A DNA stretch of 64,000 bases, from the sequence record MN882542. The stretch is one strand, 5' to 3'. This document shows positions 25,131-41,602 of the stretch, piece after piece (position 1 is the first letter of the stretch; each line of letters begins with the position of its first letter). Both the position numbers and the translations under genes were made by a program. Origin of the DNA: Escherichia phage JN01. The notes beneath the pieces are model-generated. The model was not told where the DNA came from. It ran no database searches and saw only the letters and a program-made list of their open reading frames with translations.

Positions 25131-25704
25131 AAAAGGTCTAGTTAGAACCTTAGTGGATGTTATTGGTCACAGACTAGCTCGTGATAAAAATAATAGACCA
25201 AATGTAATTAGAGCTTACCCTTCTGATAACTCAAATGACAAAGGTTTAAAACCTGACCAGCCATTTATTACCGTATATTGTCAAGATGCTGCAACACCTT
25301 ATGGTTGGGTTCTTGATAAGTTTGTTGAGGATGATGTAGTTTGCTACAGAATTGCTTTTCAGATTCCAGTATTAATTACGGTAAATGGTAAAGGTGCTCA
25401 CAGTATTATGCTTGAGCTTAAACAACGATTAGAGATGAGTTCAGTCAGAGATTTAATTCTTGAAGAGACAGGAGCTACAGTTCTAGATACTGGAGCTATC
25501 CCAAATGACTACACTTATCTTAATACAGATTTCGAAAATTCTGCACCTCTTGTTGTAACTCTTGTAAAAAATTCAGTCCTGAAAGATGAACGTGGAGGTA
25601 TTATTGAACGTGTCATTGTTGATGGTGAATTGGTTTACGAAGAAGGACAAGAGCCACCAGAATATACTATCCATCTAGATGTAGACTCCAAAGGGGTAAA
25701 ATAA
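25105..25704 (+). CDS. hypothetical tail protein
   Basis: 199 aa ORF with ATG start, in structural operon context. Confidence 0.5.
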   Translation: MQLETAELEKGLVRTLVDVIGHRLARDKNNRPNVIRAYPSDNSNDKGLKPDQPFITVYCQDAATPYGWVLDKFVEDDVVCYRIAFQIPVLITVNGKGAHSIMLELKQRLEMSSVRDLILEETGATVLDTGAIPNDYTYLNTDFENSAPLVVTLVKNSVLKDERGGIIERVIVDGELVYEEGQEPPEYTIHLDVDSKGVK

Positions 25705-27057
25705 ATGTGGAATCCAATTGTTAATGTAGATATTACATTGAACACCGCAGGAACTACAAGAGAAGGTTTTGGGCTACCACTATTTTTAGCTTCAACAGAT
25801 AACTTTGAAGAAAGAGTCCGTGGTTACACTTCCTTAACTGAAGTTGCTGAAGATTTCGATGAAAACTCTGCTGCATATAAGGCTGCTAAACAACTTTGGA
25901 GTCAGACTCCTAAAGTAACCCAGCTTTATATTGGTAGACGTGCTATGCAGTACACTGTATCAATTCCTGACTCTGTTACTGAAAGTACCGATTATTCTTT
26001 AACTGTAGCTGTTAGAGGTGGAGTTTCTCAACCATTCCAGTACACTTCACAGTCAGAAGATACTGCTGAGAAGGTGTTACAGCAGCTTAAAACACAGATT
26101 GAAGCAGAACCTTCTGTAAAAGACCTTGTTACTGTCAATGTAACTGGTGCTGGCGGTTCAGCAACAATGGTAATCACCAAAGCTGGCGATAATGACTTCG
26201 TGAAGGTTACTACTACAGCACAAACAGTGTCAATTGCAAGCACAACTGCTGACACAGCATCGACTGCTCTGGCAGCTATTGAAGCTTATTCAACTGACTG
26301 GTATTTCATTGCAGCAGAAGACAGAACTCAACAGTTTGTCTTAGCAATGGCTTCTGAGATTCAAGCTCGTAAGAAGATTTTCTTTACAGCTAACTCTGAT
26401 GTAGCAGCACTGCAAGGTACAGAATTAGCCAGTGCAAATGACGTTCCAGCACAACTTGCTAAGAATAAGTACACTCGTACAGTTTGCTTGTGGCATCACA
26501 CAGCAGCAGAAGATTATCCAGAAATGGCATACATTGCTTATGGTGCTCCATATGATGCAGGTTCAATTGCTTGGGGTAACGCACAGTTAACTGGTGTAGC
26601 TGCTTCTCTACAGCCATCTAATCAGAGACCTCTGACAAGTATTCAGAAGTCAGCTTTAGATGCACGTCACTGTAACTTTATTGACCTTGATGGTGGTGTT
26701 CCAGTGGTTCGTAGAGGGATTACTTCTGGTGGGGAATGGATTGATATCATCCGTGGTGTTGACTGGTTAGAATCAGACCTGAAAACTTCTCTGAGAGACT
26801 TGCTAATTAACCAGAAGGGTGGTAAGATTACTTATGATGATACTGGTATTACCCGTATTCGTCAAGTCATTGAAACCTCTCTGCAAAGAGCAGTCAACAG
26901 AAACTTCCTGTCATCTTACACAGTTAATGTTCCTAAAGCCTCTCAAGTTGCTTTAGCAGACAAGAAAGCTCGTATCCTGAAAGATGTTACCTTCGCAGGT
27001 ATCTTAGCAGGGGCTATCTTGGATGTTGACTTGAAAGGTACAGTGGCTTACGAATAA
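25705..27057 (+). CDS. tail sheath protein (putative)
   Basis: 450 aa gene directly upstream of a 148 aa tube-like gene and the chaperone and tape-measure genes. Confidence 0.6.
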   Translation: MWNPIVNVDITLNTAGTTREGFGLPLFLASTDNFEERVRGYTSLTEVAEDFDENSAAYKAAKQLWSQTPKVTQLYIGRRAMQYTVSIPDSVTESTDYSLTVAVRGGVSQPFQYTSQSEDTAEKVLQQLKTQIEAEPSVKDLVTVNVTGAGGSATMVITKAGDNDFVKVTTTAQTVSIASTTADTASTALAAIEAYSTDWYFIAAEDRTQQFVLAMASEIQARKKIFFTANSDVAALQGTELASANDVPAQLAKNKYTRTVCLWHHTAAEDYPEMAYIAYGAPYDAGSIAWGNAQLTGVAASLQPSNQRPLTSIQKSALDARHCNFIDLDGGVPVVRRGITSGGEWIDIIRGVDWLESDLKTSLRDLLINQKGGKITYDDTGITRIRQVIETSLQRAVNRNFLSSYTVNVPKASQVALADKKARILKDVTFAGILAGAILDVDLKGTVAYE

Positions 27058-27072
27058 TAGAGGTAAATTGGA

Positions 27073-27519
27073 ATGGCTATGTATCAGCAATATTCCCCTA
27101 AAGACGTTGTGTGTAGCTGGAATGGTATTGCCATTGAAGGCTTTGCCCCAGACTCATTCTTACGTCTACAGAGAACATCACCACTTGTGACACCAGTTGT
27201 AGGTGCAGGTGGTCAAGTTGCTCTGACAAGAAATGCAGACAAGACAGGTACTATTGAGATTGAGCTAATGCAGACTTCTCTCTCTAATCAGATGCTTTCT
27301 GCAATTCAAGCTAAACAAGACAATATGGAACTTGAAGAAGATATCTCTTCTAACTTCGTAATCTACGACCCATCAGGCTCTGTTCTGGCAACTGGTATTA
27401 ATGCTTGGTTGCAGGAACTACCACAGATTGAACTTGGTCGTGACCAGAACTCTAAGACTTGGATTTTTGGTTGTGAGAAGCTAGACTACACTTCTACAAT
27501 TCCAGCGTCAAGTGTTTAA
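27073..27519 (+). CDS. tail tube protein (putative)
   Basis: 148 aa; AGAGGT Shine-Dalgarno; followed by a strong terminator. Confidence 0.55.
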   Translation: MAMYQQYSPKDVVCSWNGIAIEGFAPDSFLRLQRTSPLVTPVVGAGGQVALTRNADKTGTIEIELMQTSLSNQMLSAIQAKQDNMELEEDISSNFVIYDPSGSVLATGINAWLQELPQIELGRDQNSKTWIFGCEKLDYTSTIPASSV

Positions 27520-27531
27520 TAAATCCTATAA

Positions 27532-27564
27532 GGGGGAGACTTTAAAAGGTCTTCCCCTTTTTTG
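27532..27564 (+). terminator. rho-independent terminator after sheath and tube genes
   Basis: GGGGGAGAC-N8-GTCTTCCCC followed by TTTTTTG. Confidence 0.7.
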
Positions 27565-27592
27565 TTTCTTTTAAAAGTATTAAGGAATCACA

Positions 27593-27991
27593 ATGAAAAC
27601 AGAATCTAGAGTAATTAATGGTAAGAAAGTAAATATCGTTCTGCTTGGGGCAAGAGATGGTATTAAGATGTCTATGAAGTTGGGTAAAATTGTTGTTCCA
27701 ACCTTTGCACAGATGCTGTCAAGTTTGACTGATAAAGATAAGAAAGAAGCTCCGATGGTTCCGTTTAAAGAACTTGTTGAAGCTTGTTTTGACAGAATTG
27801 AAGAAATTAACCTTGAAGAAATGGCTACCCTGTTATTTCAAGGGGCAACTGTTGATGACTTCCCACTTAATATTGATACATACTTCCAAGCAAACTATGG
27901 TGAATTTATTGATTACTTAGCATTTGCGCTGGAGGCAAACTTCGGAAGTTTTTTCGAAGCAAGCATTTTCAAAAGCCTAACTTCTCAGTAA
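27593..27991 (+). CDS. tail assembly chaperone (G-like)
   Basis: 132 aa gene directly upstream of the tape measure; slippery site near its 3-prime end. Confidence 0.55.
   Translation: MKTESRVINGKKVNIVLLGARDGIKMSMKLGKIVVPTFAQMLSSLTDKDKKEAPMVPFKELVEACFDRIEEINLEEMATLLFQGATVDDFPLNIDTYFQANYGEFIDYLAFALEANFGSFFEASIFKSLTSQ
27949..27955 (+). other. programmed -1 ribosomal frameshift site (slippery heptamer T TTT TTC)
   Basis: In-frame X XXY YYZ heptamer; the -1 frame runs without a stop into ORF 27994-28233. Confidence 0.55.
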
Positions 27992-27993
27992 AC

Positions 27994-28232
27994 ATGGGTA
28001 ACACTCTACAGACACCACTAACTGATGCTGCTGTAGAGGCAACCTATGAAGAAGCAGACGAGATGAAATTTGTGCTTGCTATTTATGGTATGGAAGGGTG
28101 TAAAGAAACACTTGACCAACTCTTTGCTATGACATTCTCTGATTTATTATCATTGAGACAATTTCTTGAAATTCAGAGGTCGTATAAAGAGGAAATTGCT
28201 TACAACGAACTTAGAAGAGCAGGAAAAATGTA

Positions 28233-28233
<1 letters not shown>
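27994..28233 (+). CDS. tail assembly chaperone T segment (expressed as G-T fusion by frameshift)
   Basis: In the -1 frame relative to 27593-27991; stop overlaps the tape-measure ATG. Confidence 0.45.
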
Positions 28234-33617
<5,384 letters not shown>

Positions 33618-33618
<1 letters not shown>

Positions 33619-35087
33619 TGGCAGGACTAACTACAACAGGATTACAAACTCTAAGATATCAGGAGATTTTTGATAATATCAAATCAAGACTTCTTAGAGA
33701 TATTTCACCAAACCTTGACGTTTCTGAAGATAGTCAATTAGGACTCTTCCTAGCTTCAATTGCAAGGTCTTTAGCAGATACCCATGAGATTCTATCAGAA
33801 GTCTATGACGGTGGAACAATTGACAAGGCCGAAGGCTTTAACCTTGATGATATTACAGCTTTAAATGCTGTATATAGATATGTTGCTCAGGCAACAAGAG
33901 GTCAGGTAGAGTTTACTGGAACGACTGGTGCTACCATTCCTTCAACAACAAGATTAAGAAGTACTGCCGGAAATATCTTTTATCCAGTTAACAACATTAC
34001 CCTAACCCCATCATATTGTGTTGAAGCTGTCCTTGAAGTTAACTCTTTACGAACTGATGCAGATTATGTTATTATTATTGATAACGTCATTTTCTCATAT
34101 AAACCAACCTCATCAGACACAATCACCACACTTCTAACAAAATTAGCAGAAGCTATTAATGGTGGTATTGTAGCAAAGGCAGAAGTCATTAATGATGGAG
34201 CATCATTGAGAGTCTATAAAGATGAGGGTGATATCATTGCCAGAACAAACCCTATGGTTGTCACTGCGACAACATTTCTGACCTTTACAAAAATTACAAC
34301 TATTTCAGATGTAGTAGCTGAAGAGGTGGGTGCTACCCCTGCTTTGGCTGGTACACTTATTGAGATTGAGACAACTGTTGATGGTCTTGACAGTATTTAT
34401 AACAGGTATGACTTAACAACTGGTAGAAATGAAGAAACTGACACAGAACTGAGACAGAGATATTTAGAATCCTTAGCAGTTACTGGTGTGGGGACTTTAG
34501 ATGCAATTGTAGCTGCTGTTAAAAGAGTTCAAGGTGTCTCAGATGCTTCAGGTGTTGAAAATGATACTGAAGAGACAAACTCAGAAGGTCTTCCACCAAA
34601 ATCTTTTAAGATTGTCGTAGTTGGTGGTCAAAATGATAATGTAGCTCAGGCAATCTGGGATACAAAACCTGCTGGTATTAGGGCTTATGGTTCAATTTTT
34701 GGTACAGCCTATGATTTAGGTGGTTTGGCACATAATATCTATTTTAGCAGACCAACACCAAAATACGCATTTGTTAAGGTGTCTTACTCACTATATGATG
34801 AAGAAAGCTTGACAATCCCTGAAGAGGATATCAGAGACAGTATTGTACAAGGTATTAATGCCTACGGAAGAACTCTTAAGGTTGGTAATGACGTTATCCC
34901 TAACAGAATCTATGGATATATCTATGACGTAATTAAAGGTATTGAGATTAATGAAGTTAAAGTAGCATTATCAAACAGTCAATCAGTTCCACCTAGTGAC
35001 GGACAGTATACTACAGCAAGAATTACTGTTGACGGTGACCAATATACTGTTTGGGAAAGCAGCCAGTATACCATCACTAAGGAGTAA
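33618..35087 (+). CDS. baseplate J-like protein (putative)
   Basis: 489 aa; position in the baseplate module. Confidence 0.45.
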
Positions 35088-35089
35088 TA

Positions 35090-35944
35090 ATGTTTGAAAA
35101 GATTGATAGTGTTTATTACAAAACACTTGATGAACGAACTGTAACACAGTTTAAAGATAAGTTTATCTACACAAGCATCTTGAAAGCAATCACTGATGAG
35201 TTACAAACACTAGAGGATGTTTGCTGGCAGATGCACACAGAGAGAAATATCAGGACATCAGTAGGTCAACAACTTGATAATATTGGCTCACTGATTAAAG
35301 TTCCTAGACCTTTAGGTGCTGATGATGAAACATATAGAGCTATGCTTTATATCCAAATCTTCCTAAGACGCTCTGACACTACTCCAACATTCTTGCAAAA
35401 AGCAATTATGACACTGTATGGTGCAACTTTCTCTCAGATTTTTGAGCATATTACTCCTAAGACTGGTGGTATCGTTATCCGTATCAACACTAGGAAAAGC
35501 GTTCTAGATGCTGCATATACACTGTCAAAGATTTCTGCAACAACTACTGGTTCTGCTGTTATCTTAAGAGATGTTACTTTAAAAGGAACTGCTTGGACAC
35601 CTGTAGAGGTTGCTGATTCAGCACTTGCTATTGTTGATGATAAAGAGAACTGGTTCGTAACTGATGCTAACAGGGGTCTTGTTACAAATAACACTGGTGG
35701 CTCTCTGGAGTCCAACCTAGTAGGGAGTCTTGCAGATGCTGGTGTTATTGATGGTTACTTTAAGGTTGACAGAACAGCAAACTCACAGAGTGATGATTAC
35801 ATGACTGTAGATAGGTCTAATAATAGTGGATATTTCATCGTTGGTAAAGAAGCTGTTGCAGGTGGTGCATACGGAATCATGGCTGAGGTTGCACAAATTG
35901 TCAAAGGCAGAAAAGATAAATCACAACAAGAAGGAAATTCTTAA
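35090..35944 (+). CDS. baseplate or tail fibre attachment protein (putative)
   Basis: 284 aa ORF with ATG start, in structural operon context. Confidence 0.45.
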   Translation: MFEKIDSVYYKTLDERTVTQFKDKFIYTSILKAITDELQTLEDVCWQMHTERNIRTSVGQQLDNIGSLIKVPRPLGADDETYRAMLYIQIFLRRSDTTPTFLQKAIMTLYGATFSQIFEHITPKTGGIVIRINTRKSVLDAAYTLSKISATTTGSAVILRDVTLKGTAWTPVEVADSALAIVDDKENWFVTDANRGLVTNNTGGSLESNLVGSLADAGVIDGYFKVDRTANSQSDDYMTVDRSNNSGYFIVGKEAVAGGAYGIMAEVAQIVKGRKDKSQQEGNS

Positions 35945-36246
35945 TGGCAGTTTTAAATTGGTCTACAAATGAAGTGGATACTGATGGTAATCAGTTAAAA
36001 GTTTTACCACCACCGGAAATTCAAGAGACAGGTCTTTTAAAGGGTGAGCCTATGGGTAGACAGTGGTTCAACTATATTATCAACTACCTGCTGAATAAAG
36101 TAAACGGCACTGTTGGGGAAGTTCGCTCATATGCAACTGAGCAACCAGATTTAGTGGCTAATGGCTGGAATCTAATTAAGTCTGAGACAGGGACTGCATC
36201 AACAAGCACAAGAAACCTTTACACATATGAATATGTAGGAGCTTAA
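35944..36246 (+). CDS. hypothetical tail protein
   Basis: 100 aa; TAATG coupling. Confidence 0.45.
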   Translation: MAVLNWSTNEVDTDGNQLKVLPPPEIQETGLLKGEPMGRQWFNYIINYLLNKVNGTVGEVRSYATEQPDLVANGWNLIKSETGTASTSTRNLYTYEYVGA

Positions 36247-36248
36247 TA

Positions 36249-37424
36249 ATGGCAGTAGGTGAAATTCAAATTAGTGCCTTGCCACAAGCGGCCTTACCAA
36301 TTGATTTGAGTGATATCTTCCATCTTAAGCAAGGTGTTGAGGATAAAAGATGTACGCTTGAACAGTTGTTAGCACCTCACACATCTTTGAGGAATAACCC
36401 TCATGGTGTAACTAAATCGCAAGTTGGTCTTGATAATGTTATTAACTCACTCCAATTGGTCGCAGCTAATAACTTGTCAGACATTGTAGATGTTGCTGAG
36501 GCAAGAGCAAATCTACAGATTATGTCGTCAGATGAAGTGAGCAGTTTAATTCAGAGACATATCGACGACAAAAGTAACCCACACAACACAACGAAAGCAC
36601 AGGTTGGTTTAAGTAATGTTCAGAACTGGACAACATCCAACCTGTACAATGAAGATGCTGATAAATATGCTACCGCGAGAGCAGTGAATAATCTATACAA
36701 AGCTATCCAAGCATCATATCCAGTGGGGACTATTCATCTGTCTGTTAACTCTGCTAACCCATCCACTTACTTGCTTTGTGGAGGTACTTGGGAGTTGGTT
36801 TCTAAAGGTAGGGCGCTTGTTGGTTATGATACAGAAGCTAGACCTGTTGGTTCAACGTTCGGTTCTCAGACTGTAGCATTAACAAATAATAATTTACCAG
36901 CACACACCCACTCTATCTATTTAACAGGTGGTGGTCACACACACTCTGCAAGCGTATCTATCTCTAGTTTTGATTATGGTTCAAAAAGTACATCAACTTT
37001 TGATTACGGTACAAAAACGACTAATAGTGCTGGTGCTCACACTCACACGTTTAGCGGCACGACAAGTAATGATGGTAACCATAACCATAGAGTACCACTG
37101 AGAGGTAATGATAGAAGTGGGGGGGATGCTATTACTGCATCTGCTTATGCTGGGGTTAATAATAATACGTATACTGATTTAGCAGGTGCTCACACCCATA
37201 GCTTCTCAGGCACAACTGCATCATCTGGTGCTCATAACCATACTGTTGCAATTGGTGCTCATAGCCACACTGTTAATATTGGTTCACACAGTCATACGGG
37301 TACTGTTACTGTCTCTAGCTCTGAACATACACACTCAGGAACATCTGGTTCTGTTGGTGGTGGTCAAGCTTTCAGTGTTGAACAGCCATCTTTTGTACTA
37401 TATGTATGGCAGAGAACAGCTTAA
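36249..37424 (+). CDS. tail fibre protein with phage fibre repeats and His-rich C-terminal tip
   Basis: Repeats NPHGVTKSQVGLDNV and NPHNTTKAQVGLSNV; C-terminal HTHS/HNHT motifs; C-terminus homologous to the next gene. Confidence 0.7.
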   Translation: MAVGEIQISALPQAALPIDLSDIFHLKQGVEDKRCTLEQLLAPHTSLRNNPHGVTKSQVGLDNVINSLQLVAANNLSDIVDVAEARANLQIMSSDEVSSLIQRHIDDKSNPHNTTKAQVGLSNVQNWTTSNLYNEDADKYATARAVNNLYKAIQASYPVGTIHLSVNSANPSTYLLCGGTWELVSKGRALVGYDTEARPVGSTFGSQTVALTNNNLPAHTHSIYLTGGGHTHSASVSISSFDYGSKSTSTFDYGTKTTNSAGAHTHTFSGTTSNDGNHNHRVPLRGNDRSGGDAITASAYAGVNNNTYTDLAGAHTHSFSGTTASSGAHNHTVAIGAHSHTVNIGSHSHTGTVTVSSSEHTHSGTSGSVGGGQAFSVEQPSFVLYVWQRTA

Positions 37425-37470
37425 TTTCTTTACAGGGGCTTTATAGCCCCTTTTAAGAGGAAAATTTATA

Positions 37471-40020
37471 ATGGCAGATTACAAATTGAGTCAATTAAAC
37501 TCAATAGACACAATTCGTTCAGAAGACCTATTGCACATCAGAGTTAAGAAAAGACCTGAAATGTTGGGTGACGAAGACCGTAGAATGACCTATCAAGACT
37601 TCTTAGCTTCCTTCAAACTAGAAAGGTTTGTTCAGATTGCTGGGAGCACTATGATTGGGGATTTAGGTATTGTCAAGTTACTTTACGGTGGCAAGGCTGT
37701 ATTTGACCCAACAGGCTCTTCTGAGATTACTATTGGGGATGTTTTAAAGACTTTTAAACTTAACGCAAATGGTCTTAAACTCACTATTGCAGATGCTTCA
37801 AGGTCAGCAACTGTTTATCATACTTTGAATAAACCAAGCCCTAATGAACTTGGTATGAGAACTAATGAAGAGAATGATGCAAGATATGCAAGGCTTGCTG
37901 TTACAAACACATTCTCTGGAACTCAGAATATTCAAGGTGATGCTAACTTACTTCGCCTTAGAAACCAAAATGCAAATAATGCACAATACATTGAAGGTGT
38001 AAACCTAGATGGTTCAGCTAGATGGTGGGTTGGTATTGGTAGTAATGGCTCTGACGAAGTAAAACTGTACAATAACAAATACAACTCAGTTTTGACTGTT
38101 GCAAGTAATATCTCTGTTAATAAGTCTTTAGCAATCACTGGACAAGTTCAACCTTCAGATTTCTCTAACTTAGATGCCAGATACTTTACTCAGACAGTTG
38201 CTAATCAGAGATTTGCACAGTTAGCTGCTAATAATAATTTTACTGGAACAAACACGTTTAGTAGAAACCTACTTATTATCAGTGATAGTGCTGCTTTAAG
38301 GTTGAAAAATGCAACATCTAGTTCCCTATTTATTCAGGGAGTTGACTCTCAGAATGCCAACAGATGGTATGTAGGGAATGGTGATAACACCGCCTCTGTG
38401 TTACTACACAACTATGTACATGGTTCAAATATTAGACTTGATAATGGGTATATCTCAGTAAACCAAAATTTCAGAATCACTGGTCAAGTCCAACCTTCAG
38501 ATTGGGCTAATATTGACTCTAGATATATTCCGGCAGCAACTTTGAATACAATTGCAAGAACCAATGCAATGAATACTTTTAATGGTGTGCAGACAGTTGT
38601 TAGTGATAACGAAGGTCTAGTTATTAGAAACTCTACTCAGAGCAAGCCATTATATATTCGTGGTGTGGACACTGCTAATGTATCAAGATGGTGGATTGGT
38701 ATTGGTGGTGCAGATAGTAATAACGTGACACTAAGTAACAGCTTTTCTGGGACTCAGATTTCTCTTGAGTCAACGTTAGTAAGTGTAAATAAGAATCTGT
38801 ATATCAATGGTCAGGTTCAACCACAAGACTGGACTAATATTGATGGGAGATACTATAACAAATCATCTGCTGATAGCAGATACCTGAGAATCAGAAGCAC
38901 TGGATTTAACAATGTTAATGGGAATAAATGGGCTAAGATTGCTACTGTCACCATGCCACAAGGAACATCAACAGCAGTAATTGAACTATTTGGTGGTGCT
39001 GGTTTCAACTATGGTATATATAACCAAGCCTGTAAAACAGAAATTGTTCTTAGTACAGGGAATGGTAAACCAAAAGGCTTAAATGTTGTTGCATGGAAAA
39101 ACGCACCGAATGATGTTGTAGGCCAAGTTGGTTATGTTAATACCTCTGGTGATAATTATGACATTTATTGCTATGTTGGTGGTTATCAAAATGCTACGAC
39201 AGCTAGGGTTCAGTCCTCAGATAATGCAACAGTACAACTGTTTGCATCCCCAGAGACATACGATAATGCTCCAGATGACTATGTTGCTGGGACAATTGCT
39301 TATTATTATACTAGTCTCTTGAAACCAACACCTACAGATATTGGTGCATACACTAAAGCTGAAACTGACCAGAAAATTGCAGAAGCAATTAGTGACTCTA
39401 CAGACCTGAATAAAATCTACCCAGTAGGTATTGTAACGTGGTTTAACAGTAATGTTAACCCTAATACAGCACTTCCTGGTCTAACTTGGACGTACCTGAA
39501 TAATGGTGTTGGTAGAACTATTAGAATTGCAGCAGCAAACGGTTCAGATGTTGCTACAACTGGTGGTTCAGATTCTGTAACGCTATCTGTTGGTAACTTA
39601 CCTTCACACACACATAGTTTCTCTGCTACCACTTCATCATTTGATTATGGTACTAAGACGACAAATACGACTGGCAACCATGCTCACGATAGAGGTAACA
39701 TGGAAATTTCTGGTGTGGTTGGTTGGTTCAGAAGTGATAACAGTGCATTCTACACTGCGAGCGGTGCGTTTCAGATGGGTAGTTCTCAGGCTTCACATGG
39801 CTTCACAGGCTCTCACTTCACTTACGGTGCTGCTGCTGATTTCCGCGCGTCAAGAACTTGGACAGGTGTAACCAACACAACTGGCAACCACGCGCACAGC
39901 GTTGGCATTGGTTCTCACAACCACACAGTTAGCGGTAACACTGGTGGTACAGGTTCTGGTTCAGCATTTAGCGTCACTAACCAGTTCTACAAGTTAATGG
40001 CTTGGGTAAGGACTGCTTAA
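37471..40020 (+). CDS. large tail fibre protein with three internal repeats and His-rich C-terminal tip
   Basis: 849 aa; three copies of an about 113 aa unit (ITGQVQPSD...RY); C-terminus paralogous to the 36249 fibre. Confidence 0.75.
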   Translation: MADYKLSQLNSIDTIRSEDLLHIRVKKRPEMLGDEDRRMTYQDFLASFKLERFVQIAGSTMIGDLGIVKLLYGGKAVFDPTGSSEITIGDVLKTFKLNANGLKLTIADASRSATVYHTLNKPSPNELGMRTNEENDARYARLAVTNTFSGTQNIQGDANLLRLRNQNANNAQYIEGVNLDGSARWWVGIGSNGSDEVKLYNNKYNSVLTVASNISVNKSLAITGQVQPSDFSNLDARYFTQTVANQRFAQLAANNNFTGTNTFSRNLLIISDSAALRLKNATSSSLFIQGVDSQNANRWYVGNGDNTASVLLHNYVHGSNIRLDNGYISVNQNFRITGQVQPSDWANIDSRYIPAATLNTIARTNAMNTFNGVQTVVSDNEGLVIRNSTQSKPLYIRGVDTANVSRWWIGIGGADSNNVTLSNSFSGTQISLESTLVSVNKNLYINGQVQPQDWTNIDGRYYNKSSADSRYLRIRSTGFNNVNGNKWAKIATVTMPQGTSTAVIELFGGAGFNYGIYNQACKTEIVLSTGNGKPKGLNVVAWKNAPNDVVGQVGYVNTSGDNYDIYCYVGGYQNATTARVQSSDNATVQLFASPETYDNAPDDYVAGTIAYYYTSLLKPTPTDIGAYTKAETDQKIAEAISDSTDLNKIYPVGIVTWFNSNVNPNTALPGLTWTYLNNGVGRTIRIAAANGSDVATTGGSDSVTLSVGNLPSHTHSFSATTSSFDYGTKTTNTTGNHAHDRGNMEISGVVGWFRSDNSAFYTASGAFQMGSSQASHGFTGSHFTYGAAADFRASRTWTGVTNTTGNHAHSVGIGSHNHTVSGNTGGTGSGSAFSVTNQFYKLMAWVRTA

Positions 40021-40099
40021 TCCCTTGTTGACTGATTGTTAAGATGGTGTTAATATTCTTTATGGGTATTCTCACCATCTTGGCTGATGAGGTGATTAA

Positions 40100-40297
40100 A
40101 TGCCTACAATCCTAGCAATTCTTCTAAAAAATCTAGGTAGCTTCTTCTGGAAACTCATTTTATCCCTTCTAAGTGAATACATGATTGAGAAAGTGTTCTT
40201 TAGGCTTGCAAGATACCTTGCGAGTAAAACAGACACACCTATCGATGATGAGTTCGTAGATAACTTAGAAAAAGCTTTTAAGGGGGAGAATAAATGA
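40100..40297 (+). CDS. small membrane protein (holin-like candidate)
   Basis: 65 aa; hydrophobic helix ILAILLKNLGSFFWKLILSLL; GAGGTGA Shine-Dalgarno. Confidence 0.45.
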   Translation: MPTILAILLKNLGSFFWKLILSLLSEYMIEKVFFRLARYLASKTDTPIDDEFVDNLEKAFKGENK

Positions 40298-40665
40298 AGT
40301 GGCTAGAGGAAGCTTTTAAAAATAATATTGGTGCAATTGTAGTTGGTATTTTTAGTGTTATTGGGATGTATACCACCATGCAAGTTTCGGAAGGTAAACA
40401 AGAAGTGTCTGTCACAACAAAGTTACAGCAGTTAGATAATTATTCCAAAAGTAATTATTCAGCTATTCGTGATTTACAGTCTGATATGAGGCTGCTTCAG
40501 CTAGGGATGGAGAACCAGAAAGTCCAGTTAGAGAATGTTAAGGGTGAGAACGCAAAACTTACCAAAACCCTTGATAAATTCTCTGATAGCGTGAACAATC
40601 TGGCTCAATCAGTATCAGCCCTCCAAGCTATTACTGAAAAGAACACAAAGAATACTGAAAAGTAA
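40294..40665 (+). CDS. membrane-anchored coiled-coil protein (i-spanin-like or holin-associated candidate)
   Basis: 123 aa; N-terminal helix IGAIVVGIFSVIGMY then coiled-coil region; ATGA overlap with the upstream ORF. Confidence 0.45.
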   Translation: MKWLEEAFKNNIGAIVVGIFSVIGMYTTMQVSEGKQEVSVTTKLQQLDNYSKSNYSAIRDLQSDMRLLQLGMENQKVQLENVKGENAKLTKTLDKFSDSVNNLAQSVSALQAITEKNTKNTEK

Positions 40666-40671
40666 AGTTTA

Positions 40672-40698
40672 AGGCTCCTTTTTACGGGAGCCTTTTTT
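40672..40698. terminator. bidirectional rho-independent terminator between convergent blocks
   Basis: AGGCTCC-N7-GGGAGCCT with A run upstream and T run downstream. Confidence 0.7.
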
Positions 40699-40701
40699 GT
40701 T

Positions 40702-41601
40702 TTATTTACCTACTGATAAAGGTGCTTCAATCTTTCCTGCATGTTGGTAATTATTAATACCACCGATAAAATCACTTGCAGTGAGATGTTTTAAGTCACT
40801 TAAAGTGTTAAGTGGGATACCAATCTCAAAAGTTGGTGCATGGAACTCTTCATTGTTCATCAGTTCATAAACCTGTTTCATATGGTTCTGATAAATCTGA
40901 GTATCTCCAAAGACACCTATCAAGTACCGTGGAGTGTATCCAGTCATCTTACAAAGAACTTCCAGAATAAAACCGTAAGATGCAATATTAAATGGAAGTC
41001 CTAAAAAGGTATCTACTGAACGCTGATACCATTGTAAATCTACTTCACCCTCATTAGTGATATAAATCTGAAACAGAACATGACAAGGTGCTAAAGCCAT
41101 TGAGTTTGCTGCAATATCTGCTGCATTCCAAGCATTAACAAGCATGTAACGGTCTGTGATATCACCCTTCATCTTTGTTACTAAGGTCTCTAACTGGTCT
41201 ACAACACAACCGTTATGGCCTTCAAAGTTTCTCCACTGAACCCCATAGATTCTTCCACCTGCATCTTCTAACCAATCTTGTTCAGAAGAATAGTTAGAGC
41301 TTAACCAGCGTTTAAAATCATCTGACCAGATAGTCCAGCGTTCCCCATCATTTTCACCCCAAGTACGATAACGGAGTTCACCAAGCTTATTCTCACCATT
41401 CAGGAACCATAAAGCTTCCCCAATAACTTGCCGTGTAAACACCTGTTTAGATGTTAAGAGCGGGAAACCAGTTCGCATATCAAAACGAAACTGAGGTGGA
41501 GCAAATGCAGAGATAACATCTCCAGTTCGTGTAGTACGCAGTTCACCAACTGATAAAACATGGTTCAGGATATTTTTGTAACTCAAATCTGCTTGTGACA
41601 T
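40702..41601 (-). CDS. thyA: thymidylate synthase
   Basis: Active-site motif APCH and conserved ThyA blocks (FLNGENKL, WNAADI); 299 aa. Confidence 0.9.
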   Translation of the reverse strand: MSQADLSYKNILNHVLSVGELRTTRTGDVISAFAPPQFRFDMRTGFPLLTSKQVFTRQVIGEALWFLNGENKLGELRYRTWGENDGERWTIWSDDFKRWLSSNYSSEQDWLEDAGGRIYGVQWRNFEGHNGCVVDQLETLVTKMKGDITDRYMLVNAWNAADIAANSMALAPCHVLFQIYITNEGEVDLQWYQRSVDTFLGLPFNIASYGFILEVLCKMTGYTPRYLIGVFGDTQIYQNHMKQVYELMNNEEFHAPTFEIGIPLNTLSDLKHLTASDFIGGINNYQHAGKIEAPLSVGK

Positions 41602-41602
41602 A

